From Isurus oxyrinchus (Eukaryota), in NCBI GenBank assembly GCA_026770705.1, contig JANJGN010000021.1:12276001-12340000 (forward strand): a stretch of 64,000 bases of DNA. Reading direction: 5' to 3'. The notes beneath the pieces are model-generated. The model made no database searches and was not told the DNA's origin. It was given only the letters and a program-made list of their open reading frames with translations. Shown here piece by piece: positions 1-12,994 of the stretch (within the stretch, counting starts at the first letter, position 1; every line of letters begins with the position of its first letter). Both the position numbers and the translations under genes were made by a program.

Positions 1-60
1 CTAGGTGGTAGTGGTCATAGATTTGAAAGGTGTTGCCTAACAAGTTATGGTGAGGTTGAT
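1..60 (-). mobile_element. Fragment of the 3' region of a CR1-like LINE (same family as 42055-45840), cut by the window edge
   Basis: ctaggtggtagtggtcatagatttgaaagg resembles 42305-42360 (ctggatggtaggggtcatgggtttggaagg). Confidence 0.5.
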
Positions 61-439
61 GTGGTTAGCTGTGTTCGATGTAACTCCATTTATACTGAGG
101 AAGAGACTCTGAGAGATTGGTAACATTGGAATAACCGGCTGTTGCTTAATAATCACAAATAGAACTTTACCATTGACCCTTTAACAATGGCATGAGTAGC
201 TGCACAGGCCAGCAATGTGAAAATCACGTCCTCACCTGCAAAATGCCAGCCTTAAAATAGCATCCCCAATGGAACTTTCCTTATGAGGTAGTATTTCCAC
301 CCTATGGAGGGGTGTTTGCTGTCTTGTTTCTGATATAATACTGCCAGGATCGCTGCCAGAGGTAGCTCTATAACGTAAGTGGATCATATCTATTTTGGTA
401 CTCACAGCACAAAAAAAACATAAAACAATTCAACAGATA

Positions 440-560
440 AATAAAAGAAAGAACTTGCATTTATGTAGCATCTTTCACAATCTCAAAAGATATCCCAAAA
501 TGCTGAACAGCCAATTAAATATTTGAAGTGTAGGCACCATTATAATGTAGGAACAATAAT
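440..560 (-). mobile_element. 3' tail fragment of a Deu-type SINE / L2
   Basis: aaagaaagaacttgcatttatgtagcatctttcac is the reverse complement of the tail on the SINEs at 15393 and 41363. Confidence 0.55.
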
Positions 561-1654
561 GTTGATAGTTAGCACTTTACAAAGCAGAGATCCAGCAAAT
601 GGGTTAAAATAAATAATAATATTGCACTTTATCTTTTACAGCATCTAAAAAGGCTTCATACAATGAAATACTTCTTGAAGTAGAGTGTTTATTGTTTTAT
701 GGGCAATGATATGTTAAACTACAAGAGTGAAGCTTGCACATTTTTGTTGCTTAGCTTGTCCTCTGAAATGTGATTACCGACTGTGAATCAGCTAGCTATT
801 TACATTAATTAGGGTCAGTGGATTTTTCCTTCTACTCTAAAGGAAAATATCATGTCTTAACAATGGCTTTATATTGCATTGATTGAACCAGACATGCTTG
901 ATGTGCCAATGTGATGTTTATGATCACAGGTCCTACATGATAACACAAGACCTCAAAGGATTTTGAAAGTCTTGTGGATACGCTCATACAAAAGCTCACT
1001 GACACTTTCACATATTATATCAGCTACAATATTTATAATATCCACTCTGAGTTATGTCAAATGGACTCAATGATTACAATAATGAAGACAAGGCTATGAT
1101 GCAATAAAACAATCGTAGTGAGCTACATTGAATGCAAAAGTTGTAACGGTGGCTGTTTAATTAAGGGTTGACTTCATTAAGAAAATCACTTAAACTTGGT
1201 AAAATGAACAGACTCATAAGCATTATTGCAGGTTTTAATGCAAAAGGAATTGACTAATTGAAACAATATAAAGATGGATGCAACAGGTTTGCAGGTACAT
1301 ATTATTTTGCCGCTATTAACATTAATACCTCCTGGCTACATAAGCCTTGAGATTGGTTATTTATTAGCTACTGTTATCAATGGCATGAATTATCCAAGAT
1401 GTTAAACAAGCTACATTACTGTGCAGTGATTTCAGCATCAATGGTTAATGATAGCAATACATCCATCTGTCTACCAGCAGGACAATCTTCACTACATATT
1501 TTTAGAGCCAATTTCTGATTTCAATTTATTTTTTCATTGATTCTCCCACCTTTTCACAACCATTCCTACCAGACCATTTTTCAGGTGTAAGTGCACATAA
1601 TATTGTTAATCTATCCCAGCATTGTGGATAATCTTGTCACCATTTGACATTCAC

Positions 1655-1870
1655 ATGTGCACTCCCTGGTAGAGGTCAGTGGTTAGCAATCAGGAATCCT
1701 CACCGATTTCTTTCCCACTTCCAGCTCAGGGGCCCTGAAGCCAATTACATTATCCCAACTATTATTTTAGCAAGATCTCAGCACAAGTCAAGAATTGAAC
1801 CTGAGACTTCGAGATCCATGTGGCTTAGTGCTATGCTCGGGAGTGTCTGTAGCCATTGAGACATTAAGGA
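1655..1870 (-). mobile_element. Old, diverged tRNA-derived SINE fragment
   Basis: Minus strand has a B-box-like ggttcaattc; similar relics near 4022, 11200-11500, 26800-27100, 30800-31080. Confidence 0.35.
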
Positions 1871-2925
1871 AGCTCGTTCTGAATTTTTAATTCTGTATAT
1901 TTTAAGCTTTGCAGCATTTGTTCCTTTTAGAGTTCATGGTTTTGATATCTCTTGACAATCTGTCACAAGTATGCTTCAGAGATTATTGGTATTCTTAGAG
2001 ACTAATTCACTACCTGCAGTCAAGAGGAATATAACAGGCAGTTATCTGATAGGGTTGCACATCACAGTTACTGAATGGATACAGAACACAGTCCTTGTTA
2101 ATAATCCTCACTTTCTGTATTCTGTTACTAATTCATGTAACTTCAGATCAAAAACTGTCCAATGGATCTTAAAATAACATGTTCTCATTTTGCACTGTCA
2201 TTATAGTGACAGAATAATGCATTGCATTCTCACTGGAGAAGTTAATGTAGTACTTTCGTGGCACATTGCAACTGTCTTTCTACTCACTCGCCCTTTCTGT
2301 GATACTGTCACTAACTCGATGATATATGGATCTTGAAAACCAGACTTGCGTATAAAATCCAAGGCCAGGAACCATAACAAAGAAATGTGAAGCCACATCC
2401 TTTAGTATTTTTTTTCCCACTCTCTCACAGCCGTCTTTCTATCACAATCCAGTCAAGAGCGTCTGACTTTCAAAGCTGCAGATGCTTTATTGCTACCTGT
2501 GACATTATTCCATGATGGCTTGACAGGAGACACAAGAGGGTTTTGTATTCAAAATGTCAGTGGAATTCATCAACAGTAACATGTTGACTGTAGCCTCGGG
2601 CAAGCACCTTCTTCCTACTACCTTTAGATTGGTGTTTGAGATATGAGTGGAGCATGGACTAAAAATAGCACAGCTGTCTAGCAATAATCAGGCAGCATAA
2701 GCAAAATGATCTTGTTTTTCCTCCATCCAAGCTGATGAAATGTTTAGTTGTTGCCTGACAATCTATCAAGGGCCTAGGTTGAGAAATTACATGCTGCACT
2801 CAACCGTGGCAAGCAAGTTCTAAATAGTGGGCTATCAAGGCACACAAACTTGCAAATTTCTGAATGGGAGTTAAAAATTCAGTTGTTAAGAAGAGCCATC
2901 CAAAACTGAAGAAGTCTTCGTTTTG

Positions 2926-3152
2926 TCCTTTCACTGTGCCTTTCTCTGGAATTAATTCTATTACCATCTCATTTTTGAGGTGTTGTTTGGTCAAGTGGTT
3001 AGATTCACTTCACACACCTTCACTCCGCTCAGTGTTAGGTTGGGAATTATACTGGGTCAAATATGTGGTCTCCTGAGGGTTAAAACCAGCATGAGAGATT
3101 TTGACCCTGACGCAGTGTGAATGCTATCAGCCAAAGACAGTTCATCATCAGT
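2926..3152. repeat. Left arm of a 227-bp inverted duplication (partner 5639-5865)
   Basis: Reverse complement of 5639-5865 with about 3 substitutions by eye; both ORF translations share TDDELSLADSIHTASGSK. Confidence 0.95.
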
Positions 3153-3731
3153 CATGATTGAGGCTGATGAGTATTTGTTTGAGTAAAGTGAGAGAATCGC
3201 CAAGATAATTGAAAATATGATATTGGAAGATTGTAAGCCATCTGCTTGATTACTTTGTTGGAGTTCTATCATGACTCAGTGATTACTATATTATTCCATA
3301 GTTGCACTGATCAGATTGAAACACTGAACCTTTCAGTTGAACAACATGGCTGGCTGTGCATTGACATCTGATCATCACATGGCAAACCTATTTTGCTTTG
3401 TAGGGTAACTCACTGTTAATTGAATCTAAACTAAGGCTACTGGGGGCAAGTGGGGGTTGGGGGTGGGAAAAATTTGGATGGTTTTTACAATCCACACCAA
3501 ACATTGAGATTATATTGAAAGGAAAGCTACTCTTACATTAGAAACTGGCAGCATTTTACTCTGTATGGTACCAGGACATAAAGCAATCACTGCAGCTCAT
3601 TGACTTAAAAATTGTTGGTGCTCAGATAATGGACAGTGTGGTATAAAGGGTTAACCAATGAGATATGTTAATGTTTAATGTAGATGATGATGTGCCATTG
3701 ACATCAGTCAGTCATGTGTTTGACACAAGAT

Positions 3732-3755
3732 AGAGAGAGAGAGAGAGAGAGAGAG
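3732..3755. repeat. (AG)12 microsatellite
   Basis: Direct reading. Confidence 0.9.
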
Positions 3756-4329
3756 GTTGGAATCATGCCTAGGAACCACATGCCTACTCTGTAATCTGTT
3801 TAGATGCAGCCCTAATAAACAAATGTTAAACAGATACCAATGTCCACAGTCTGCCCAAGAACCAAGTCCCACACCTAGAGCCCGAGGTTAAAGGACCACC
3901 TCAGAGCAGAGAGGGCTTGATTTGAGCTGCAATGCCAGTACAGTTGGGCATAAGGTGATCAATAAGAGAATAATTAAAATTACACTGCTGTACATTCAGT
4001 TGTCCTATCAAGCTCATCCCTATGGCTCAGTTTAGCTAATGGACTGCCTAGCATAGAGAGCTGAGCCGTGTAGGCCAGAAAAACTCAGCAAGTTGCTACA
4101 ATTGGTCTCAGGACACTGGGGAGAGGGGAGATCAGCTAAGATTTCCCAATCAACTAAGCTCCATGCAATGACTCCCCCTAGAAATGTATACACTTGTGTA
4201 TGTTGGAGAAGATTTGACTGTGTTGGCAACTCCATGTCCAAGGTTATAAACTAATGATTGATACTTGGAATTGGTACTAAAGGGCGAGGAATGGCCAGAC
4301 CAGGAATTGTACCCCATTAAGAGGCAGCA

Positions 4330-4473
4330 GGGGTCATTTTGATTGAAAAATGGACAATAATCAGGTCAGTCTCAGGTTATACATTTTGCTTCACTGGTGA
4401 TGAAAATCGGGACAAGTGTATAATGGGTGACAGATCAAATTTTGCCCATTTTACATAAAACCAAAATTACCCC
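4330..4473. mobile_element. Short Harbinger-type MITE, diverged
   Basis: Terminal inverted repeats ggggtcatttt / aaaattacccc. Confidence 0.5.
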
Positions 4474-4523
4474 TAGCATCCTTAAAGTCAAAGGAGAAAA
4501 TAATATAAAAGAGGGGAAAAGTA

Positions 4524-4897
4524 GGGATGTGGTAGTATAATGGTAATGTTAATAGACCAGTGACCTGGACTAATGATCTAGAGACATGAGATCAACTCCC
4601 ACCATGGTAACTGGGAAACTTAAATACAGTTAATTAAATAAAAAGACACTAGCAGGTTTGCTGATGGTGAAATTCCCAGATTGTCATAAATACACAGTGC
4701 TTTACTAATTAAATCCACTGTCCTTACCTGGTCTGTCCTGTATGTGATTCCAGACCCGCAACAATGTGGTTGACTCTTAACCATCTCCAAAATGGCGGAG
4801 AAGATGACAAAAGAAGATGGTTCACAAGGGCCATGGGGGAATGGCAATAGCTGGCCTTATACATGACACCCACATCCTGTGAATGAATTTTTAAAAA
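4524..4897 (+). mobile_element. tRNA-derived SINE sharing head and tail with the LINE at 42055-45840
   Basis: Head gtggtagtataatggtaatg, body gtccttacctggtctg...gtggttgactcttaac, tail cccacatcctgtgaatgaat. Confidence 0.75.
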
Positions 4898-5638
4898 TTC
4901 AACTCACCCAGGCTCCTCCATCACCCAGTTGCTGTATTTAGAATTTTCCTGGACAATTTATAAGAGCACCACCCTATGGTTTTTTCCAAAACTGATAAGC
5001 AGATTTCAGTAATGGGTTGTCTTGGGATGAAATGCTTTTATACCGAGCTTGTTTTAATTAAGATTCAGGATAACTAAAGTTGTGGATCTATGAACGTGCC
5101 GCTGGGTGACCGACTAAATTAATGGTATCACTATTGGGAGACAGCCTATTGATGCCAGACTGTCAGAATCTAATTTAGAGCAGATTATACCTGATTAGAA
5201 AATAGGCGCTATTATACTTGTTTTGCTGTATTGCCTAAGCACAGCCAAAATTGCATGGCAGATATGGATTAAAAAATACCTAAGTGAGATCATGAAAGCA
5301 GGCTGATAATTTAAGACCTATGGGCATTTCCAGATCACAAAGTGAGTTTGGAACATCCCCAGGTCATTTCCAACAGTGATTGCATTTATATCCTTCAGAT
5401 AGATTCTGAAAACTCTATAAAGTTGGTTATGACTGCCAGTCACAGTGTACATTGCCATCTTGTGAGGGGGAAGCTTTGGAAAGATGTTAGAGTTTGCCCA
5501 AAACTACTCCAATCACTGCAGTTGGAAAATCTCTTAAAAGTGGCTGTTTCTAAAGTACGAAACAATGGTTCAGGTGAGAATCAGTTAAAAAAAAATGTTC
5601 CAAGTACTAGCCGTGGCATTAAAGCTGTTCTCCACCAC

Positions 5639-5865
5639 ACTGATGATGAACTGTCTTTGGCTGATAGCATTCACACTGCGTCAGGGTCAAAACCTCTCAT
5701 GCTGGTTTTATCCCTCAGGAGACCACATATTTGACCCAGTATAATTCCCAACCTAACACTGAGCGGAGTGAAGGTGTGTGAAGTGAATCTAACCACTTGA
5801 CCAAATAACACCTCAAAAATGAGATGGTAATAGAATTAATTCCAGAGAAAGGCACAGTGAAAGGA
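5639..5865. repeat. Right arm of the 227-bp inverted duplication, abutting the 5' end of the Tx1 element
   Basis: Reverse complement of 2926-3152. Confidence 0.95.
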
Positions 5866-5867
5866 TT

Positions 5868-8800
5868 AAAGTTCCCTGATGGAAATGGTTAAGATGCCAA
5901 ACTGCACGACGTCTTCAGCAACCCTGCAGACGGAGCGCAGCATAGATACACCTGGTCGCGGCCAGACGGGTCCATCCGTTCCAGGATAGACTTCCTGTTT
6001 GTGTCCCGTGCAGTCAGATCCACCAATGTCAAGCCGGTGTTCTTCTCTGACCACTGCCTCCCACTGGCTGACTGTCACTTAGAAGACCAGAGGGTGGGCA
6101 GGGGGGCATGGAAGCTAAACATGCAACAGCTGACCCCAGGGAACATTGAGGAGCTCAAGAGGGATTACAAAGGTTGGAGAACCATGAAACCCCTCTTTGA
6201 GTCCCTGACACACTGGTGGGAAGCGATCAAGGGAAACAGCAAGAGGTTTTTCATTCTCAAAGGCACCCAGAAAGCTAGAAAGGAACAGAGGGAAATGTCC
6301 CGACTCCAGAAAAACATGTAGGATCTGCTCTGGCAGCAGTCGATGGGAGTCGATGTCAAGGAGGAACTCCAAGAGGTGAAGAGCCAGCAAGCCTCGCACT
6401 TTGCCTCGGAGACCTCCAAGATCATCTTCCATTCCAGAGTCCGCTCCGTGGAGTACGACGAGACATGCTCACGTTTCTTCTTCCAAAAGGTACACAGAGA
6501 GAGCTCTGTGATCAGCAGCCTGAAGGAAGAAGACGGCTCAGTAAAGACATCACAGTCCGACCTTTTGAGGATCAGCAAATCCTTTTATGCCAGATTGTAT
6601 GACGTGAAGCCCACAGACAGCACAGCATCCCAGTCCCTCCTGTCCTCTATCATGGACGTCTTAGCCAGTACACGGGAGAGCCTGGACAAACTGCTAACTC
6701 CTGACAAACTGACTAAGACCCTTGAGTCCTTCGAGAAGAGTAAAACTCCTGGAAGCGACGGCTTGCCGGCGGAGTTGTATTTGGCTCTGTGGGACTGGAT
6801 GGGCCCAGACCTGCTAGGAGTGTACGAGAGTATGTCAGAATCCATGAGGAAAGGCTTCATCACCCTCATCTACAAGCACAAGGGGGAAAGGGAGGAAATT
6901 AGAAATTGGCGACCCATTTCACTGTTGAATGTGGACTATAAGATTCTGTCCAAGGTCATCACCAATCGGGTCAAATCCGCTCTGGAATTGGTGATCCACC
7001 CTGACCAGACCTGCACTGTGCCGGGCAGGAAGATCTCTGACAGCCTCGCGCTGCTCAGGGATACGATTGCCTATGTACAGGACATGGGTGTGGATACCTG
7101 CCTCATCAGCCTGGATCAGGAGAAGGCCTTTGACAGAATATCACACACCTACATTGTGGATGTGCTCTCCAAAATGGGGTTTGGGGAGGGAATTCACAAT
7201 TGGATCCAACTGCTCTAAACTAACATCGATAGCACAGTCTCAATCAATGGGTGGGAATCAGATAGCTTTCTAATTAAACCTGGAGTCAGGCAGGGCTGCC
7301 CTCTCTCCCCTGTCCTGTTTGTGTGTTGCATAGAACCCTTTGCTGAGTCCATCAGGAAGGATCCGGGCATAAGAGGAGTGACGATCCCAGGCAGTGGAGG
7401 CACTCAGGTCAAAGCATCTCTGTACATGGACGAGTCTCCGTCTTCTGCTTGGATCTCCTGTCGGTGCGCAGACTTATCCACATCTGCGACCAGTTCGAAC
7501 TGGCCTCGGGAGCCAAGGTAAATCGTGGGAAGAGCGAGGCCATGTTCTTTGCGAACTGGGCTGACCGATCCCTTGTCCCCTTCACTGTCAGGGCTGACAG
7601 TCTGACGGTGCTGGGGATATGGTTCGGAGGGACTGGGGCATGCATTAGAAACTGGAAGGAGCGATTGTCTATGGTGCAAAGAAAACTGGGCATGTGGGAG
7701 TGACGCTCCCTCTCCATTGTGGGTAAGAACCTGGTCATCAGGTGTGAGGCACTCTCGATGTTGCTGTATGTGGCACAGGTCTGGCCCATTCCAGACTCCT
7801 GCGCGATGGCGATCACCCGAGCCATCTTCCGCTTTATCTGGAGGTCGAAAATGGATCGTGTCTGCAGGGACGCGATGTACAAGCCTCGAGATAAAGGGGG
7901 AAAAAACGTGCTCAACATCACCTCATACTGATGGCCACCTTTGCATCAAGTTGTGCGTAGACCCTTGGTACGCAAACACCAAGTGTCACTATGTTCTACC
8001 TGTCCCCAGTGTTGTGAAGGATGGGTCTGGCCACGCTGCCGCGGAACGCTCCAAGTAGTTGGACTGTGCCATACCACCTGTCCCTGGTGGAAAAACTTAT
8101 GCAGAGAAACACCTTTGACCACAAGTCCATCAGGCAGTGGTCGGCACGTAACGTCCCAGAGGCCCTGAGGGAAAAGGAGAGGGTGGATCCTGTGGGATGG
8201 TTCCCCGAGCATACTGTCAAAGTCATTTGGCAGAATGCCTCATCGCCAGAACTTTCCAACAAGCACTAAGATGTAGCTTGGCTGCTAGTGAGGAAGGTCC
8301 TCCCCGTCAGATCCTTCCTACACACCAGGAGTCTCACCCCCTCTGCGCGTTGCCCTCGAGGTGGCTGTGGTGGGGAAGAGACTGTTGTTCACTTCCTTGT
8401 GGATTGTGCATTTGCAAAGAAGGTCTGGAGAGAGATGCAATGGTTTCTGTCGAGGTTCATCCCGAGCAGTTCTGGGACACAGGACTCTGTGCTCTACGGT
8501 CTGTTCCCAGGGACACACACCGAGACAAACATCAGTTGCAGCTGGAGGATCATCAGCTTGGTGAAAGACGCTCTTTGGTCTGCCCGAAACTTGTTGGTCT
8601 CCCAGTGCAAAGAGTTGTCCCCGACCGAGTGTTGCAGACTGGCACATTCCAAGGTCCAGGACTACGTGCTGAGGGACGCACTAAAGCTTGGGGCAGCCGC
8701 CACAAAGGCCCAATGGGGAAAGGTCGCTGTCTAAGACCTTTCTGCCACAGTGCACCGAGGGGCTGGGAACTGTTGAGAGCCCCTCGGGCTGTGCAGCTCA

Positions 8801-9060
8801 AAATGAATGTCTGCAGTGAATACTAATTGTATTGAAGCACCTCAGAGTGCAACATGATGTATGTTGATAACTCCAATACCATTGTCTGATTGTCTGCATT
8901 GACCAGATTGAAATGATTGTAATATTCATTGAGTGTATTGATGGACCTTGTGATACATGTGTAAAAGTTGAACCTGATTGTACTTTTGCGATGGTGATTT
9001 TGAAATGGTTTGGAATGTTCTTCCAGATATTTTATGATTAAAGTATATTTTTCAAAAAAT
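5868..9060 (+). mobile_element. 5'-truncated Tx1/L1-clade non-LTR retrotransposon; ORF2 pseudogene (endonuclease C-terminus, RT, C-terminal Zn finger) plus 3' UTR
   Basis: SRIDFLFV...FFSDH (endonuclease); KTPGSDGLPAELY, NWRPISLLNVDYKILSK, LDQEKAFDRISH, GVRQGCPLSP, broken YMD(D) near 7423; CPRGGCGGEETVVHFLVDC; stops at 6319 and 7216, frameshifts; ORF ends 8734; A-rich end near 9060. Confidence 0.93.
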
Positions 9061-9942
9061 AAACACTTGTAAATCTGGAAGTGTAAGCATGTACATTTGG
9101 TAGCATTGATGTATCTCAACTGGGCCATTTGCCAAATATAGATGTGGTCTACAAGGCATAATGTTTAAAACCTCAACATTCCTAAATCTGGGAATGTCAT
9201 AGCAACTGTTCTTGAGTAGACGACAGCTATGAAAATCTTCAAAATTCCTATTCTGCACAGAAAAGATTGAATGTGTGCAACTTATACCAGCAAAATCAGC
9301 CCTCCGCATTAATCTAAGCTGACGTTCCGGTATAGCACAAAGGGATTGCTGCATGTTAATTCATTCTGAAGCCAGATGGTGAAATAGGAAACCAGACACC
9401 AATCTTTTACTTAATACTAGATTTATCTGCAGAATGCAACATTACAAATGTCTCACTCCTCCTTAACCAACATAGGGTCCCAGAGGTCTCTCCTTATAGT
9501 CACTTTTAAATAAACAAATGATCAATAAATCAAACTAACAAAACAAGTGCGGGGGAAGGGGAGAAGGGGGGAAAGGGGGAGCGGGGAGGGGGTAAAGTCT
9601 CTCCTTCTTTGTGTTCAGGTACTTAATCAATGCCTTTCACCTGTGTATCCTTAACCTTAATTACATACCATCAACTCTGCACATAGTGTCCTTTAGCTGA
9701 TATGTTAAACAAAGGCCCTATCAATTTAACCCAATGATTTCAAAGTGCATGTTAAAGATCCCAATCAGCTAAGATTTACCCAGTGACTCCCCCTAGAAAT
9801 GCAAATACTTGTGTGTGTCAGAGAAGGTCTGACTGTGATGGTAAATCCATGTCCAAGGTCTTAAATGAAGAATTGATACTTGGAGGAGAGCAGAGAGTTT
9901 TCAACCAACATTCTTCCCAAAGGCAAAACTATTAATCTGTGG

Positions 9943-10084
9943 TAAAAACAAAAAACTGCGGATGCTGGAAATCCAAAACAAAACCAGAAATACCTGGAAA
10001 AACTCAGCAGGTCTGGCAGCATCGGCGGAGAAGAAAAGAGTTGACGTTTCGAGTCCTCATGACCCTTCGACAGAACGTCAACTT
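9943..10084 (-). mobile_element. Short Penelope-like (pLTR-type) element with a minimal hammerhead-like motif at 10040-10076
   Basis: Minus strand GTT-CTGTCGA-A-GGGTC-atgag-GACTC-GAAAC-GTC-AAC, followed by the body shared with 16771, 27490 and 63446. Confidence 0.7.
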
Positions 10085-10824
10085 TATTAATTTGTGGTAT
10101 TGTGCTGTATGTGAAAAATGTCATGCTATTTTCTCAGGACCTGAATGACACTGACACAGCCACATTTATTGTTTATCCCTCGTTGCTCTGGGAAGGTGTG
10201 GTTAGAACTTCATTTGTACAACTGTCATCTAGCAACCAATTTATACTAATGCACAAATCAAGATCTACCCCAATGCATGTTCAAAGGCTATCCTATCATA
10301 GAGGGCAACACAATACAGCCCAATCTTGTCATCTGACATAAACAGGTTAATATGTTTTGTCAGCAATTATCGGGTGTCAGTCAGAAATGGAACCCTGGCT
10401 GATTGTTTCCTGTTTGCTAGTGCAGGATTGCTGTGGCCGATTGTGATGGACCAACTCCTGACCTTCTTGAAAGAAGCATCAATGGGAGTTGAACCTCTGA
10501 CCCCCCTGGTCTATGAGATTTAGTGCTACATGAGTTCTGCTTTTACCAAACGAAGTTATCAGGGAACTAATTCTAAGTAATCAATGTAAATTTATCAAAT
10601 TATAATCAAAAATTGATTATCAGAAAATGTCAAGCTAACTAATCAATCACTGTTTTTTAATATTGTAACATAACTTGAATAATTAATGAGTGACATTTCA
10701 GTAAATATAAAATTGTAAACATTAGTGTGACATTATCAATGAATAGTTATGAAAAATCTACAAATGCAATTTATTGCCAGAAGTGTGCCACAAATAGATT
10801 TCAATTCCATCTAAGACTCCACCA

Positions 10825-10920
10825 CAACAATAACTAGCATTTATATAGCGTCTGTAGCTTGGAAAACGCCTCAAGGTGCTCCACAGAAGTGTAATCAAAC
10901 AGAAATTGACATTGAACCAA
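10825..10920 (-). mobile_element. L2-type 3' tail fragment
   Basis: caacaataactagcatttatatagcg is the reverse complement of the tail at 29570-29616. Confidence 0.5.
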
Positions 10921-12274
10921 CAAGATGATGGATTTGTTATAAATATTTTAACATTTAATAGATTTTCTTTCAAGGATCGTGACACTGTATCAGATACTAA
11001 AAGCAAAATGTTGTCATTTGTGATTTGAGTTCTTGGTAATTTAATATTGCACTGTGACAATTATTGGATGTTTATCTTGCTTGTAATAAACCTAAATGAG
11101 AACCGTATGTGGAATTGGGACAGCAAGAACATTCTTAAACACAGGTCCAAGTGTAACAGTAGAACATTTTTTAAGCCTCCTCTTCCCCCAGTTTGTCTCC
11201 TGCAGGTGTTAAGTTATGATTGACTAAGGTCCCACAGCTGCCAACTGCTCATTGATACCATCTTCAAGTATGAGCCCCTGACAGTAAGTGTCAGCTGGCC
11301 ATCTGATTGTGGGAGGCATCTGGCTTCATCTTAAGTCAACACATGTGCCCCTTCCAGTCGGCTTAGCTCTCACGAACAGGGCCCTGGCTGATTACTCTTG
11401 TCCCTAACCTAGGGGTGCTGAGATAAATAGTGGTTATCCATCCTGACAGAGATCGACAACTTGAGCTCACACACTCAGCATGGAATCTGAAACCTTACTA
11501 GTTTGTTTGACTGGATTTCTGATCGAGAGGCACCGCAACAACTGTAGGATATAGAGCAGCGGTTCCCAAATTGAGGGTCTTGACCCCAATTGGCATTGCA
11601 GAAACAGCAAATGGGGTCACAAGAATTAAAATCACATCATTCTCCTGCCCCCTTGTATTGTCCTGACAGTGGCAAGTAACCAATCACAAGACCAAGTTCC
11701 AACATCGGACATTTTGATTGGCTGTGGTGGCTCTGATCAGGTATGCTCTGACGTAACTATGCATCCAACATAAACACATCAGAGATTTCCTGAAGTGGCG
11801 GCGATGGAGGCAGATGCAGATTTAGCAACTGGTGGCAGCCCAGCCACCGAAGACCCGGGATTTTCATTAGATTTCCATACGTACATCATATAGTATGTGT
11901 TGACGCCAAGGACAGAATATACGTGTTTTTTTAACTACCCATGATGAAAGTGATTTTTGTATTTGTGTATTTTCTTATCCTCAGGTTGATTGTCTAAATT
12001 TAAATAATTCCAGCAGCAAGCTTTTTTGTGAGTTTTAAAATAAAGGAGTTTATTTATTATCCCACACTTGCCCTCAAGGTTTAAAAACATGATGTCTCAC
12101 TCACTCAACTCACCCACACTATCACTCAGGCAAAGACTGAATACAGGTGAAGATAAATTACGATTACAATACATATTCCTCTTTCATGGCAGGCCCCTAA
12201 TTTCTTAGACGAGTTGATGCTTTTAGTTGAAGTGAAGTTCTTGTAAGCAGCTGATTCTGAGTAAGCTGTCCGAT

Positions 12275-12680
12275 TTCTTGTAGTTGAATTTCCAAGATGT
12301 TCGTTCTCAGGTGAACTTGAAATTGGAACAGGTTGGAGAGAGTCCTCTCTCACTTCTAGGTATTGCTGTTTATTACCTTGATTGCTTGGTTGATTGCAAC
12401 TGGTTCAATGGCTTTTTGATGGTCTCGCTGCTGAGCTGATTCCTGCTGTTTAATAAGCAGGCAACAAACGTGGCTGACTCCCCCTGGCTGACCTGTCCAA
12501 AGTCCTTTTCCAAATAAGGTAGGTGGTCGGTTCGATACACATCCTGTGTTTGTCATTTGACACTTGAAATTTATCAGGGTAATAAACAGCAATACCTAGA
12601 AGTGAGAGAGGACTCTCTCCAACCTGTTCCGATTTCAAGTTCACCTGAGAACGAACATCTTGGAAATTCAACTACAAGAA
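12275..12680. repeat. 108-bp inverted repeat (12275-12382 / 12573-12680) with a 190-bp spacer
   Basis: ttcttgtagttgaatttccaag...tattaccttgat vs atcagggtaata...cttggaaattcaactacaagaa; about 2 mismatches. Confidence 0.93.
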
Positions 12681-12994
12681 GTTGATGAGGGACCGTCACA
12701 AAGCAATGGAAGGTCGATGGGGACTATTTCACATTTGTCTAACACACAGTGAGTTTTGATATGTCTTTTGTGCATGATAAACCAGAGAGGCAGAATCGGC
12801 TGGAATGCTGTAGACTTTTTGTTGACCTTTCGTCCTTAAACAAAGAAAATGTGAATTTCCTGGATAGCTGTGAATGTCCACAGTTAATTAAGTATTGGCT
12901 TGAGCCTCAGGACTGTCCGGAGCTGATACCGGCAAAAGTCACAACGTTTGCAGTGGCCATTTTAACAATCTATTTTGTTCAAAATGTTAAAGTT

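Noticed and set aside
3637-3873. Possible short solo LTR (also 9377-9670 and 70-345)
   Set aside because: LTR-like termini or composition but no TSD or second copy in the window
5342-5734. 130-aa ORF sharing a peptide with ORF 3057-3272
   Set aside because: The shared peptide comes from the inverted duplication; no protein family signal
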